Positions 45,183 to 53,315 of a stretch of 53,315 nt of DNA are shown in pieces; positions within the stretch are counted from its first letter, which is position 1; each line of letters starts with the position of its first letter. The notes beneath the pieces are model-generated. The model ran no database searches. It saw nothing but the letters and a program-made list of their open reading frames with translations, and was not told the origin of the DNA. Where the stretch lies: positions 1 to 53,315 of the IMG/VR virus record IMGVR_UViG_3300030519_000023, one strand, 5' to 3'. This stretch comes from a virus. Taxonomy: Duplodnaviria; Caudoviricetes. Made by a program: the position numbers and the translations under genes.

Positions 45183-45541
45183 CCATGCTCCCACTCAACG
45201 TCCTCCTGACCCAAGCCAAGGCTTACCTCAACGTGATCATCGGCACCCTGGTCACTCTGGTCGTTCTGGCCACCGGGACCTATATCGCCGTCCTACGCCA
45301 CGAGCGCAACGACGCCCGCGCCAAGGTCGCCGTCCTCCAGCCCGTGGTTGACGGTTACATCGCCGCCTCCAAGGCCCTCCAGACCCGCCTGGACGCCGCG
45401 AACAAGGCTCTCGGCGACGAGGATAAGGCATCCAAGGAACTGATCGCCAGTCTTCAGAAATCCGCCCCCAAGAATCCCGCCCAGGTCAACGCCTGGGCCA
45501 TCGCTGCCTCCAAGCGAATCGCGGCCGAGGCCAAAAGGTGA
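45179..45541 (+). CDS. Inner-membrane spanin (Rz-like)
   Basis: N-terminal TM followed by a coiled coil; precedes a lipoprotein gene. Confidence 0.75.
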   Translation: MTMLPLNVLLTQAKAYLNVIIGTLVTLVVLATGTYIAVLRHERNDARAKVAVLQPVVDGYIAASKALQTRLDAANKALGDEDKASKELIASLQKSAPKNPAQVNAWAIAASKRIAAEAKR

Positions 45542-45544
45542 ATC

Positions 45545-45805
45545 ATGCGGCAACACTTCCTCTGGCTCTGCGTGGGGGCTTCCCTCCTTGTTGGGTGCAA
45601 CAAACCCCCGGTGGTGTTCCCGTGTCCGCCCCCTCCAGTCGTGACGCAACCTTCCCTTCGCACCGCGTCCCTCGACCCCCAGAGTTCCCCGGATCAGGTG
45701 ACGGAAGCCTACGTCCTGGACCTGGCCGATTGGGTGGGTTACGCGACCCAGCTCCAGGTCGCCCTGGACGCCTACCGGCCGGCGCCTTCCTTCCCGCCCA
45801 AGTAG
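45545..45805 (+). CDS. Outer-membrane lipoprotein spanin (Rz1-like)
   Basis: Lipobox LVG-C followed by Pro-rich PCPPPP. Confidence 0.8.
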   Translation: MRQHFLWLCVGASLLVGCNKPPVVFPCPPPPVVTQPSLRTASLDPQSSPDQVTEAYVLDLADWVGYATQLQVALDAYRPAPSFPPK

Positions 45806-45810
45806 GCGGA

Positions 45811-45993
45811 ATGCCCCTGGTCATCTCCCCACGGTTGACCATGCGAATCATCGAACAGTCGGCAATGCTCGACGCCGCCATGGCCATGCCGCGTGTCTCC
45901 GAAGTAGGACTGGAGGCTGCGGTAAGGGCCATGGAGCAATTTTCAGCAGGGCTCCGGGCCCAAGCGGAGGCAAGACGTGGGATCGGACTGTGA
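45811..45993 (+). CDS. Small hypothetical protein
   Basis: Fills the gap in the operon; weak RBS. Confidence 0.4.
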   Translation: MPLVISPRLTMRIIEQSAMLDAAMAMPRVSEVGLEAAVRAMEQFSAGLRAQAEARRGIGL

Positions 45994-46624
45994 GCGTGAC
46001 CACCGGGAGCTGAGGGAGGACGTGATCGACGCCCGCCTCGCCCTGGCAAACCTGACCAAGGACTTGGAGACGGTCAAGAATCTCCTCTCCAGCATGGCCA
46101 ACATTCTCCAGGACAACCTGGTGACCATCTCGGCCCATGACAAGGCCAGCATGGACTGGCGCGGGGTTCTCCTGACCACCGTTGAATCGGCCGTCAACCG
46201 GATCAATCTGATCGAGCGGGAGATTGACGAAACGAACCGGTTCCACGAGAGCTATGAGGCCCTCCGGGGCACCATCGAATCAGGGCTGGCCGATGTCTCC
46301 AGCAACCGGACCCTCCTGCTTGGGATCCTTGGAATGGCGCCCCTTGCCGACCCTCCGCCCCTCATTCGGGACTTGAAAGAGACCTTGGGCATCCTCCGGT
46401 CAATGAACGACCTGGCGCCCGACACCGGCCGGGCCCAGACCGGCCTGTCCTGGTGGTGGCCGCGCATCAAAGAAGCCGCCGCCCACGGGATTGTCCTCGC
46501 GTTCCTGGCTTTGTGCTTCAACCTGTTGCTGCCGTATTTGTCTTTGGCGAAAGAGGCGAAGACTGAGGCTCAACAGGTGTTCCAGCTCCCAACTGTGCCT
46601 GTAGCTCCGCTTCCACGGCCTTAA
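45977..46624 (+). CDS. Coiled-coil protein with C-terminal TM
   Basis: GGAGG RBS with GTG start; GIVLAFLALCFNLLLPYL. Confidence 0.6.
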   Translation: MGSDCERDHRELREDVIDARLALANLTKDLETVKNLLSSMANILQDNLVTISAHDKASMDWRGVLLTTVESAVNRINLIEREIDETNRFHESYEALRGTIESGLADVSSNRTLLLGILGMAPLADPPPLIRDLKETLGILRSMNDLAPDTGRAQTGLSWWWPRIKEAAAHGIVLAFLALCFNLLLPYLSLAKEAKTEAQQVFQLPTVPVAPLPRP

Positions 46625-47030
46625 CCGTATCCATCACCCGATGGGCCTGGGCAATGACCTTTGCAAGGTCTCCAAACGTTAGGCCAGAGATGCCCGTGTT
46701 CTCCCATATGAGAATAAAGTTTGAAAGTTCTCTGGCTGCCACGACAAGGTCTATCAGGTCCGGGAAGGTGGCCGGGGCGGATCCAGGGATAGGGGCCTGT
46801 GTTGGCTTGGATATTGGAGGTCCGCCAAGCGGTTCTCCTGTCAACTCCTCAATCGAAACGTCCAAGGCCCTCGCTATTGCATAAAGGGTTCCCCCGTAGA
46901 CAGGGCCTCCTCCCTCCAAACGCGCCACGGTCGCCCGGTGCTTCCCGATGGCTTTTGCTAATTCCGGTTGGGTTATGTTCTTGACGGCTCGTAGCCGTTT
47001 CACCCTTGCTGCGACCGATTCCCAATCCAT
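46518..47030 (-). CDS. CI-like repressor (XRE HTH)
   Basis: RVKRLRAVKNITQPELAKAIGKHRATVARLEGG; divergent from the early operon across an AT-rich gap. Confidence 0.8.
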   Translation of the reverse strand: MDWESVAARVKRLRAVKNITQPELAKAIGKHRATVARLEGGGPVYGGTLYAIARALDVSIEELTGEPLGGPPISKPTQAPIPGSAPATFPDLIDLVVAARELSNFILIWENTGISGLTFGDLAKVIAQAHRVMDTVKAVEAELQAQLGAGTPVEPQSSPLSPKTNTAATG

Positions 47031-47073
47031 GTCTCACCTTCTGTTCAAATTTGATAATATTTGTTTTTTCTTC

Positions 47074-47102
47074 TTGCACATCGTCTCGTTACGTCTTACC
47101 TT
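47074..47102 (+). promoter_or_regulatory. Sigma70-like rightward early promoter in the immunity region
   Basis: TTGCAC-N17-TACCTT after a T-rich tract. Confidence 0.5.
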
Positions 47103-47197
47103 TGATACATGAACTCCAACCGGGTTACACAACCCAACAAAATACCACAAAAAAAGGCCCCGACTGCAATCGGGACCTGCTTTCTGGAGGCTTTCGT

Positions 47198-47467
47198 ATG
47201 ACGACTCCCCTTCATTCTAAGATCGAAAGCGTCGAGGCGCAACTGCCCCGTCGCACTCGCGGGCCTATCTTCGCTATCAAAAACGGAGTGATGGGGCTCG
47301 ATTTTGCTTGTGGACACTTCATTCCCGGCGCCATCAAGGGCGAGGAAGGGGCCCGCGTCAAGGATGCCTTGGCGATGATCTCCCCCTGCCCCAAGTGCTG
47401 GCCGTTGGGTGCCAACTTCCATCGAGCCATGGTCGCTGACGCGATGCTCCCGGCGGTGAATGCGTGA
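47198..47467 (+). CDS. Small Zn-binding protein
   Basis: CGH...CPKC; GGAGG RBS. Confidence 0.65.
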   Translation: MTTPLHSKIESVEAQLPRRTRGPIFAIKNGVMGLDFACGHFIPGAIKGEEGARVKDALAMISPCPKCWPLGANFHRAMVADAMLPAVNA

Positions 47468-47682
47468 AGAACAGGGACGCCATGAAGCTACTCGAAAGGG
47501 CCGAGCGACGTCTGAAGTCCTATCAAGGGATCGCCAAATACGCCATCGAGACGAAACAAGACGTTGTGCTGGATCCTCGGGAAATGTTTGAACCCGAAGA
47601 CGCTTCCCTCCTTCGAGACATCCAGGAAGCCATCTCTCAATCCAGGGGCGTGATGCCCCTTCCATTCGCCCAGGAGGCGTGA
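47464..47682 (+). CDS. Hypothetical protein
   Basis: Coupled overlaps with both neighbours. Confidence 0.6.
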   Translation: MKNRDAMKLLERAERRLKSYQGIAKYAIETKQDVVLDPREMFEPEDASLLRDIQEAISQSRGVMPLPFAQEA

Positions 47683-48551
47683 TGAACCAGGAACCGCTCC
47701 CCTTCGATGAGGGATCGTCGGCCGTCGAAGTCCTCGAAGCTGAATCGAACATCCACCCGCTGGTGAAAGTCGTCACCGACGCCACCACTCCCGAGGCCCT
47801 GGCCGAAGTCGCCGCCCGGGAAGCTGCCCCCCTGCTCTCCAAGCCGTTCCTGGCCGTCGTCAAGTCTCAGGCCGACTATGAGCTGAACGCTGCCCACATA
47901 GTGTCCCTGAAGGGCATGGAGAAGGCCCTGGAGGCCAAGCGGCTGTCCATCACGACTCCGCTGAATGCTACCCTCTCCGCCGTCAACGACCTTTTCCGGG
48001 GCCCCAAGGCGGACATCAAGAACGCCATCGCTTCCTGCGAGTCCCCCATGCTGGTTCATGTCCGGGAGCAGGACCGGATCCGCCAGGAATCCGAAGCCGC
48101 CGCCCGCCGGGTTGCCGCCGAGGAAACCAGGAAGCAGGACGAGGCCCGTCGGCTGGCGTCCGAGGAACTCCAGCGGGCCCAGGACGCTGCCCTTGCTGCC
48201 GCCAAGGCTGTCCAGGCCGAGACCAACCCGTTCCTGCGGGCCGCCCGCCAAGCCGAGACCGTCCAGGCTGCCGAGACCGTCCGGGTCGCCGCTGAAACGA
48301 CCGTTGCGGCCGTCCGGGACCAGCGGGCCATGGAGTCCAGCGTCCAGGCCGTGGCCATCCCCCAGGTTCGTGCGGCCGGAACCAAAATCAACCGGCCCTG
48401 GAAGTTTGAATACATCGACAAGGCCCTGATCCCCCGGGAATACATGCTTCCCAACGAACAACTGATCGGCGCCACCATCCGCACCCTCAAGGGTGACGCG
48501 AAAATCGCCGGGATCCGCATCTACCAAGACATCGCCATTGGAGGCAGGTAG
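47679..48551 (+). CDS. Coiled-coil recombination-module protein (Gam/Gp157-like)
   Basis: Long coiled coil; WKFEYIDKALIPREY...IAGIRIY; adjacent to RecT. Confidence 0.6.
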   Translation: MMNQEPLPFDEGSSAVEVLEAESNIHPLVKVVTDATTPEALAEVAAREAAPLLSKPFLAVVKSQADYELNAAHIVSLKGMEKALEAKRLSITTPLNATLSAVNDLFRGPKADIKNAIASCESPMLVHVREQDRIRQESEAAARRVAAEETRKQDEARRLASEELQRAQDAALAAAKAVQAETNPFLRAARQAETVQAAETVRVAAETTVAAVRDQRAMESSVQAVAIPQVRAAGTKINRPWKFEYIDKALIPREYMLPNEQLIGATIRTLKGDAKIAGIRIYQDIAIGGR

Positions 48552-48553
48552 TT

Positions 48554-49621
48554 ATGACCACCGAAACCACCACCGAAACCACCGCTCTGGCCACCCGCCC
48601 GGCCCAGTCCGTCGAGACCGTCAAGATGGATATGTCCACTCTCCAGGGAATGGAAGCCCTCCAGCGGGCCGGGAACCTCCTGGCCAGCTCCACCCTGGTT
48701 CCCGAAATCTACCGGCGGTGGAAGGTCGAGAAGTCCGGGGAACGCACCGAGAACCCCAACGGCCTCGCCAACTGCGTCGTTGCCATGAACATGGCTACCC
48801 GCATGGGCGCCGACGTTCTCATGGTGATGCAGAACATGAACGTGATCGAGGGGCGCCCCTCCTGGTCCTCGATCTTCATCATTGCCTCTATCAACAAGTG
48901 CGGCCACTTCTCCCCCCTCCGGTTCGACATCACCGAACCCGGGAATGAAACGGAAGCGACCTTCAAATACGTCGAATGGGTGGACGCTGCCAACGGCAAA
49001 CGGCGCCCCGAAGACCGGGAAGGCAAGCTTGTGATCCGTCACCAGTCCTGCCGGGCCTGGGCCATCGAGAAGGCCACCGGAACCCGCCTGGATGGGCCCG
49101 AAATCACCATGCAGCTCGCCTTGGACGAGGGCTGGATCCAGAAGAAGGGCAGCAAATGGCGGACCATGCCCGAGGTCATGCTCCGCTATCGGGCTGCATC
49201 CATGTTTGGCAAGCTCTATGCCCCCGAACTCCTGATGGGTCTCCAGTCCAAAGAGGAACTGGAGGACATCATCGAGGCCGACGTGATCGAGGGGGAACCA
49301 TTCTCGTCACGGCCGCCCCAGCGCACCGCCCGCGCCCCCAAGGTCGCCAACGACCTCGGCTGGTCCATCGAAGCCATGGAGGAATTCGACGGGCTCATGG
49401 CCGAAGCCTATACCGCGTTCAAGGACGCCGGATACAGCACCGAATACACCACCTTCTCGGACGGATGGACCCCCAAGCGCGGCAAGAGTGAGGCTGTCGC
49501 CACCATCGCCGACCTCCGCAAGACCATCCAATCCCTGGCCAGCCCCGAGGCCCAGGGCGCGGCCCAGGAACAGCCGACCGGCGTCAACCCGGACTCGAAG
49601 CTCAAGCGGGACGCCCAGTGA
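48554..49621 (+). CDS. recT: RecT/Red-beta-like single-strand annealing protein
   Basis: VMQNMNVIEGRPSWSS...GSKWRTMPEVMLRYRA...APELLMGL. Confidence 0.8.
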   Translation: MTTETTTETTALATRPAQSVETVKMDMSTLQGMEALQRAGNLLASSTLVPEIYRRWKVEKSGERTENPNGLANCVVAMNMATRMGADVLMVMQNMNVIEGRPSWSSIFIIASINKCGHFSPLRFDITEPGNETEATFKYVEWVDAANGKRRPEDREGKLVIRHQSCRAWAIEKATGTRLDGPEITMQLALDEGWIQKKGSKWRTMPEVMLRYRAASMFGKLYAPELLMGLQSKEELEDIIEADVIEGEPFSSRPPQRTARAPKVANDLGWSIEAMEEFDGLMAEAYTAFKDAGYSTEYTTFSDGWTPKRGKSEAVATIADLRKTIQSLASPEAQGAAQEQPTGVNPDSKLKRDAQ

Positions 49622-49842
49622 ACCTCGTCGCTGATTCCGTCAAGATCCTCGGGCTTCTCCGGCAGTCCGGGGCCCTTGGCCTCACCGCTTCCGAAATCGC
49701 CGGATGGACCGGGAAAACCCTTACCGTGGTCGAGTCCCAACTCAAGTCGCTCCGCCGGCAGGGGTTGGTCAAGCGGACCACCCAAACGCGGCTCACCAAG
49801 GGGATTCAGGCCGCCATCTACCAACTCCCGGAGGCAGCATGA
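49618..49842 (+). CDS. Winged-helix DNA-binding protein
   Basis: GLTASEIAGWTGKTLTVVESQLKSLRRQGLV. Confidence 0.75.
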   Translation: MNLVADSVKILGLLRQSGALGLTASEIAGWTGKTLTVVESQLKSLRRQGLVKRTTQTRLTKGIQAAIYQLPEAA

Positions 49843-50231
49843 AACCGGAACCCATGGAATTTGATATGACCACCTGGACCTTCTCGGCGCCAGGCAAGGA
49901 AAGCAAGGTCATCACGGCGATCTTCCCGATGACCGAGCCCCAGGCCCGCGCCTCCGCCAAGCGGATGGGCTACGACGTAGTCTCCTTCTCTGCCTCTCGT
50001 AAGGTCAGCGTCGTCAAGGTGTATGCCGAACCGATCCCGACCGATGAGAAACTCCACCTCTGGCGCGTCATCGTCACCCGGGCCCAGTCCCAGGAGGTGG
50101 AGGTGGAAGCCGAGACCGAAGAAAAAGCCAGAGAGCTGGCTAAGGATGAAGCCCGCCCCGGCGACTGGGAATCCGATTCCCAAGACATCGAAGACATCGA
50201 AGACCTGGGCCCCGTGAAAGACGAGGAATGA
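49839..50231 (+). CDS. Hypothetical protein with DpnD/PcfM-like C-terminus
   Basis: VEVEAETEEKARELA motif; GGAGG RBS. Confidence 0.6.
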   Translation: MKPEPMEFDMTTWTFSAPGKESKVITAIFPMTEPQARASAKRMGYDVVSFSASRKVSVVKVYAEPIPTDEKLHLWRVIVTRAQSQEVEVEAETEEKARELAKDEARPGDWESDSQDIEDIEDLGPVKDEE

Positions 50232-50232
50232 C

Positions 50233-50508
50233 ATGGCTGAACTGATCGAATATCCCGCCCTACTCAACATGAGCCAGCTCCGCTCCGCCCTGAAGGGGAG
50301 GCTCCCGAGGGTTCCCGGCACCCGCACCCTTCACGCGGCCATCGACGCCGGTATGCCCTGGCACCCGGACCCGGTGGGCCGGAAGTTCCCGACCTTCGTC
50401 CTGGCCGAAATCTTGGAGTGGTGGCACTCCCCCAAGGTGACGACCAAACCCATCATCGCCTCCGACGTGGCCCTCCGTATCTCCCGTCGCTCCAGGAAGG
50501 TCAGCTAG
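50233..50508 (+). CDS. Xis/MerR-like HTH protein (paralog 1)
   Basis: LLNMSQL...IDAGMP...FVLAEILEWW. Confidence 0.65.
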   Translation: MAELIEYPALLNMSQLRSALKGRLPRVPGTRTLHAAIDAGMPWHPDPVGRKFPTFVLAEILEWWHSPKVTTKPIIASDVALRISRRSRKVS

Positions 50509-50601
50509 ATGCTTTGTGTTACCCCCGGCATACCGCAATGCGCCACTGAATCCGACGACACGACTCCTGGAATTCTGGATCTCCAATCCCAGGAGTCGCC
50601 C

Positions 50602-50811
50602 TTGTCCATCGAACCCATGCTCAACATGAAGGGCCTTTGTGACGGCCTATCCATCTGGCTCGGCCGAAAGGTTATCCGGGATTGCGTCTATCGCCGGATC
50701 CAGATGGGAATGCCGCACCATATCGACCGGGGCAGCGGCCGGAAGCTCTACGTCCTCTCTGAAGTGCAAGCGTGGTGGACTCGGCCGGCGGACAACGCCA
50801 AGGCTTCCTGA
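50602..50811 (+). CDS. Xis/MerR-like HTH protein (paralog 2)
   Basis: MLNMKGL...IQMGMP...YVLSEVQAWW; AGGAG RBS with TTG start. Confidence 0.65.
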   Translation: MSIEPMLNMKGLCDGLSIWLGRKVIRDCVYRRIQMGMPHHIDRGSGRKLYVLSEVQAWWTRPADNAKAS

Positions 50812-50868
50812 CCCTCTCCTGAACCCATTCCCGGGCCCGTTTCTGGCTGGCCCGACGCGAGGTCTGCT

Positions 50869-51309
50869 TTGTCTTGGATCATCACCCTGCCCTCTACCCC
50901 CGTCTCTGGCAACGTGGTCATGCGGATGCACTTCCGGGCCTACCGAGAGGTTCTGAAGGGATGGTTCTGGAAGCTCCGGGCCGCCGACGGCTTCAAGGAC
51001 ATCCCTAAGCCGACCGGGAAGCGGAAACTGACCATCCAGATCCACGGGCTCCGGCTCATGGACAAGGAAAACCGGTACTTCGCATGTAAACCCATGGTCG
51101 ATGTCCTCCGTCCGCCCAAGATCGACGCCGGGATCTACAAAACCGGCGCCAAAAAAGGCCAGGTCTGGACCCGTGAACGGATCGGCCACGGCCTGGTGCT
51201 TGACGACGACGACGCCCACCTGGACCTCCAGGTTCCCCCCATCGAGAAGCTGCTCAAGGGCGGCAAGCCCTACATCGTCCTGACCTTTGAGGATATTTCC
51301 AATGGATAG
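50869..51309 (+). CDS. RusA-like Holliday junction resolvase
   Basis: LPSTPVSGN, DKENRYFACKPMVDVL, GLVLDDD. Confidence 0.65.
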   Translation: MSWIITLPSTPVSGNVVMRMHFRAYREVLKGWFWKLRAADGFKDIPKPTGKRKLTIQIHGLRLMDKENRYFACKPMVDVLRPPKIDAGIYKTGAKKGQVWTRERIGHGLVLDDDDAHLDLQVPPIEKLLKGGKPYIVLTFEDISNG

Positions 51310-51697
51310 AGCCACCCTCCGCCTCCGGCTGGTAGTCGTTTTCTCCCACACCAACCTGCCCGCCTGTATCGTCGGAGAAACGGTCGATGCCCTCCTGGAC
51401 GAGCTGCCGTTCTTGGGCCGTCGCGGTCAGACCTGCCCGCCTCCGCCCAAGGGGAACTCCGAATACTGGCCCCTCCTCCTGGACTCGATCCAGATCCAAC
51501 TGGACCACCAGCGGTCCGAGACCGACAAGTTCAAGGCCATAGCGGAGGATCTGGAGCATCGGAACGACGCCGAACAGGAGCGGATCGCCGACCTGTTCGC
51601 GTCCATCTGCCTGGATGACCTCCTGGCCATGGCCGGTGACCCCAAGGCATTCCTGGACGCCATCAACCCTCCTCCCGTCGACGGGTGCCCATTTTGA
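51302..51697 (+). CDS. Hypothetical protein
   Basis: GAGG RBS; overlaps the upstream stop. Confidence 0.6.
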   Translation: MDRATLRLRLVVVFSHTNLPACIVGETVDALLDELPFLGRRGQTCPPPPKGNSEYWPLLLDSIQIQLDHQRSETDKFKAIAEDLEHRNDAEQERIADLFASICLDDLLAMAGDPKAFLDAINPPPVDGCPF

Positions 51698-51704
51698 AAA
51701 ACCT

Positions 51705-52244
51705 TCAAGCGAATGGGCCGTCAAGATCAGGGTTCCTCCACCCTGTCAAAAACTCTACTCGAAGCATTGATTCCCACCTTGCCATGGCCCACCAATTCCG
51801 GTTGAACTGCCCCAGTTCCCGCAAAAGGAGAGATTCAAGCGAGGATTCGAGCCTCTCTCCGGCCCACCATCTCCGCCCGATGGACTGGATCTTCTCGGCT
51901 AGTTCTACCTCGACCACCGCCCAGAAAATTTCGCCATCGTCGTCTTCCTCACTGATCATCGGCAAGGACTCCCCCAACCAACAGAACGTCTTTCGCTCGT
52001 CCCACTCAAGGCGTTTCCTTTCCTTGGCCTGGGATCTCTCATTCCCGTATTTCTCCCACTTGGAACGGAATGCCTCCTCCCGGACTTTTACTTCTTCAGG
52101 GGTTCGTTTCGCCGCCTTTTCCAACGTCACCCGCAACTTGTCTCTTAGCTCAATTACCGCTCCTGGGCCATGCTCCGCAACCAGCCGGATAACCGCCTTC
52201 TCGAAAATTGGCCCCAAGTCCCAGGACTTTCCTGAATCACTCAT
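51705..52244 (-). CDS. Hypothetical moron-like protein (Trp/Glu/Arg-rich)
   Basis: Opposite strand within the early operon; less GC-biased codons. Confidence 0.55.
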   Translation of the reverse strand: MSDSGKSWDLGPIFEKAVIRLVAEHGPGAVIELRDKLRVTLEKAAKRTPEEVKVREEAFRSKWEKYGNERSQAKERKRLEWDERKTFCWLGESLPMISEEDDDGEIFWAVVEVELAEKIQSIGRRWWAGERLESSLESLLLRELGQFNRNWWAMARWESMLRVEFLTGWRNPDLDGPFA

Positions 52245-52318
52245 TTCTACCCCTGAAAAAGTTCTTGCATTCTACTCCAGGCTGCCTAATCTCGACCCTG
52301 GAGCTAGTCCCTCCTCAG

Positions 52319-52526
52319 TGGCGGTGAGTCGCCATCGTAAGCAGAAAATGCAAGGCGGCACGACGGCATCCATGCCGGGAGTGCTGGAAACACAAAACCC
52401 GCAAGGGGAATACCAGCAGGGGCCCACTGACCCCGGACTAAACTCCCGGCCCAAGGCCGTTCCTGGGACTGAATACCCAAAATCCAGCAGGGTTAGTCCC
52501 CTGCTTATCAGTGAGGTGCCATCGTG
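52319..52526. ncRNA. Candidate multibranched structured RNA
   Basis: Nested stems 52359-70/52515-26, 52374-82/52442-50, 52382-87/52413-18; CCC-GCAA-GGG tetraloop; GGGG/CCCC hairpin. Confidence 0.45.
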
Positions 52527-52592
52527 AATGGCCTGAACCTTTCCCTTTCCCGGGAACGACGCGAGTCTGCCCCTTTCTTTGGGGGTATCCCG

Positions 52593-52736
52593 ATGAACCA
52601 AGAACTCTCCGCTGCCCTGAAGGCAATTTCCCGGGCCCTGGACGGTGCCCCAGACCGCGACGTCATCTTCGGGTGCCAGGTCATCCTCGAAACCCTATGT
52701 GACGCCGACAAGGGCGTCCTGGAGGCCGTGGGATGA
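52593..52736 (+). CDS. Small hypothetical protein
   Basis: GGGGG RBS; ATGA-coupled to the next gene. Confidence 0.5.
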   Translation: MNQELSAALKAISRALDGAPDRDVIFGCQVILETLCDADKGVLEAVG

Positions 52737-52834
52737 CCTTCCCATTCTTTATCTACCTAGCCGGAGCTACAGCCACCCTCTTGGCTCTCTGTCTGATCGT
52801 GCTTCTGGTCTTCAAGGAGAAGCCATGGCGGTAA
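52733..52834 (+). CDS. 33-aa single-TM peptide
   Basis: MTFPFFIYLAGATATLLALCLIVLLVFKEKPWR; translated by hand. Confidence 0.5.
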   Translation: MTFPFFIYLAGATATLLALCLIVLLVFKEKPWR

Positions 52835-53315
52835 ATTCGATCTCCGTTCACGGGCTGGACCCGTGGGCAATCCTGGGCCTCGCTCCCCATTCCTCCCCCG
52901 AGGAAGTGAGCGGGGCCATGAAGCTCCTAGCCAAGGCCATCCACCCGGACATTCTCCCTCGTGGTGCCGCCCTGATGCAGATCGTCCAGTCTGCCGCTGA
53001 GGCTTGCCAGCATGGCGGGGCTTGGCCGGTCGCTCACGCCCCGATGTTGACGCGGCCGGGCATGTCCTATCCCCCGAAGGCACCGCCCGTCCCTCGGGCG
53101 CCCATGGCTCCAGAAAGGGGCGGGGCCCCGGTGTGGCGCAAAACCAAAAAGGGTGGCTGGACCAAGCGCATCCGCCCGGATACCTGGGTCAACGTCTACC
53201 TCGCCAAGGATTGCTCCGGCTGGCGGTTCCTGGGCCCCGATGCGGATGGAAACACATATTTCGACGCTGAAAATTTCCATTCCGCTGAGGCCGCCATGGC
53301 TGCGGCTGATGAATA
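52825..53315 (+). CDS. J-domain (DnaJ-like) protein, truncated by the window end
   Basis: Hand translation: DPWAILGL...VSGAMKLLAKAIHPD...MQIVQSA (HPD at 52942-52950); AAGGAG RBS; absent from the ORF track. Confidence 0.8.
   Translation, partial: MAVNSISVHGLDPWAILGLAPHSSPEEVSGAMKLLAKAIHPDILPRGAALMQIVQSAAEACQHGGAWPVAHAPMLTRPGMSYPPKAPPVPRAPMAPERGGAPVWRKTKKGGWTKRIRPDTWVNVYLAKDCSGWRFLGPDADGNTYFDAENFHSAEAAMAAADE

Larger units (their letters stand above)
1..53315. mobile_element. Partial genome of a contractile-tailed (myovirus) phage or prophage, probably temperate
   Basis: Capsid, protease, sheath, tube, baseplate, tape-measure, lysis, repressor and RecT genes; no host housekeeping genes seen. 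Terminase, portal and integrase are not in the window. Confidence 0.95.

Noticed and set aside
7747-47108. TACCTTT(T)GATAC shared by the two early promoter regions as a repressor operator
   Set aside because: Only two imperfect, non-palindromic copies in AT-rich DNA, one overlapping a -10 box; could be chance.
50603-50608. TGTCCA at the start of the second Xis-like gene
   Set aside because: It lies after the RBS, overlapping the start codon and far from a stop; it does not fit the array geometry.

Overview
The whole window is part of a GC-rich, probably temperate phage or prophage with a contractile tail. Its host is probably a diderm, because the phage encodes spanins. Its capsid, neck and sheath proteins resemble those of SPO1/A511/phage-K-type myoviruses. 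Layout: (i) 35-2086 (-), a lysis cassette. (ii) 2201-4573 (-), eight small unrelated genes, each preceded by the same TGTCCA core with reassorted flanks; this is a candidate gene-cassette array. (iii) 4665-7746 (-), early genes (DUF932, XRE HTH) under a sigma70-like promoter. (iv) 7776-23879 (-), about 16 kb of probable head-packaged 'polyvalent' effectors: InPase+SNF2 helicase, PBECR-like RNase, Nudix, kinase-like+ADP-ribosyltransferase, and His/Ala-repeat proteins. These share an N-terminal tag and R-x-Phi-x-K-[SAG] maturation sites with the protease, scaffold and capsid. (v) 24006-43840, head, baseplate, tail and tape-measure genes, with an inverted three-gene block and a probable +1 frameshift in the tail chaperone. 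(vi) 44378-45805 (+), a second lysis cassette with a paralogous endolysin. (vii) 46518-53315, repressor, RecT, Xis-like pair, RusA-like gene, a structured RNA candidate and a J-domain gene cut by the window end. I recognised no terminase, portal, integrase, replication genes, tRNA, rRNA or CRISPR. All calls come from manual motif recognition; no database searches were run.
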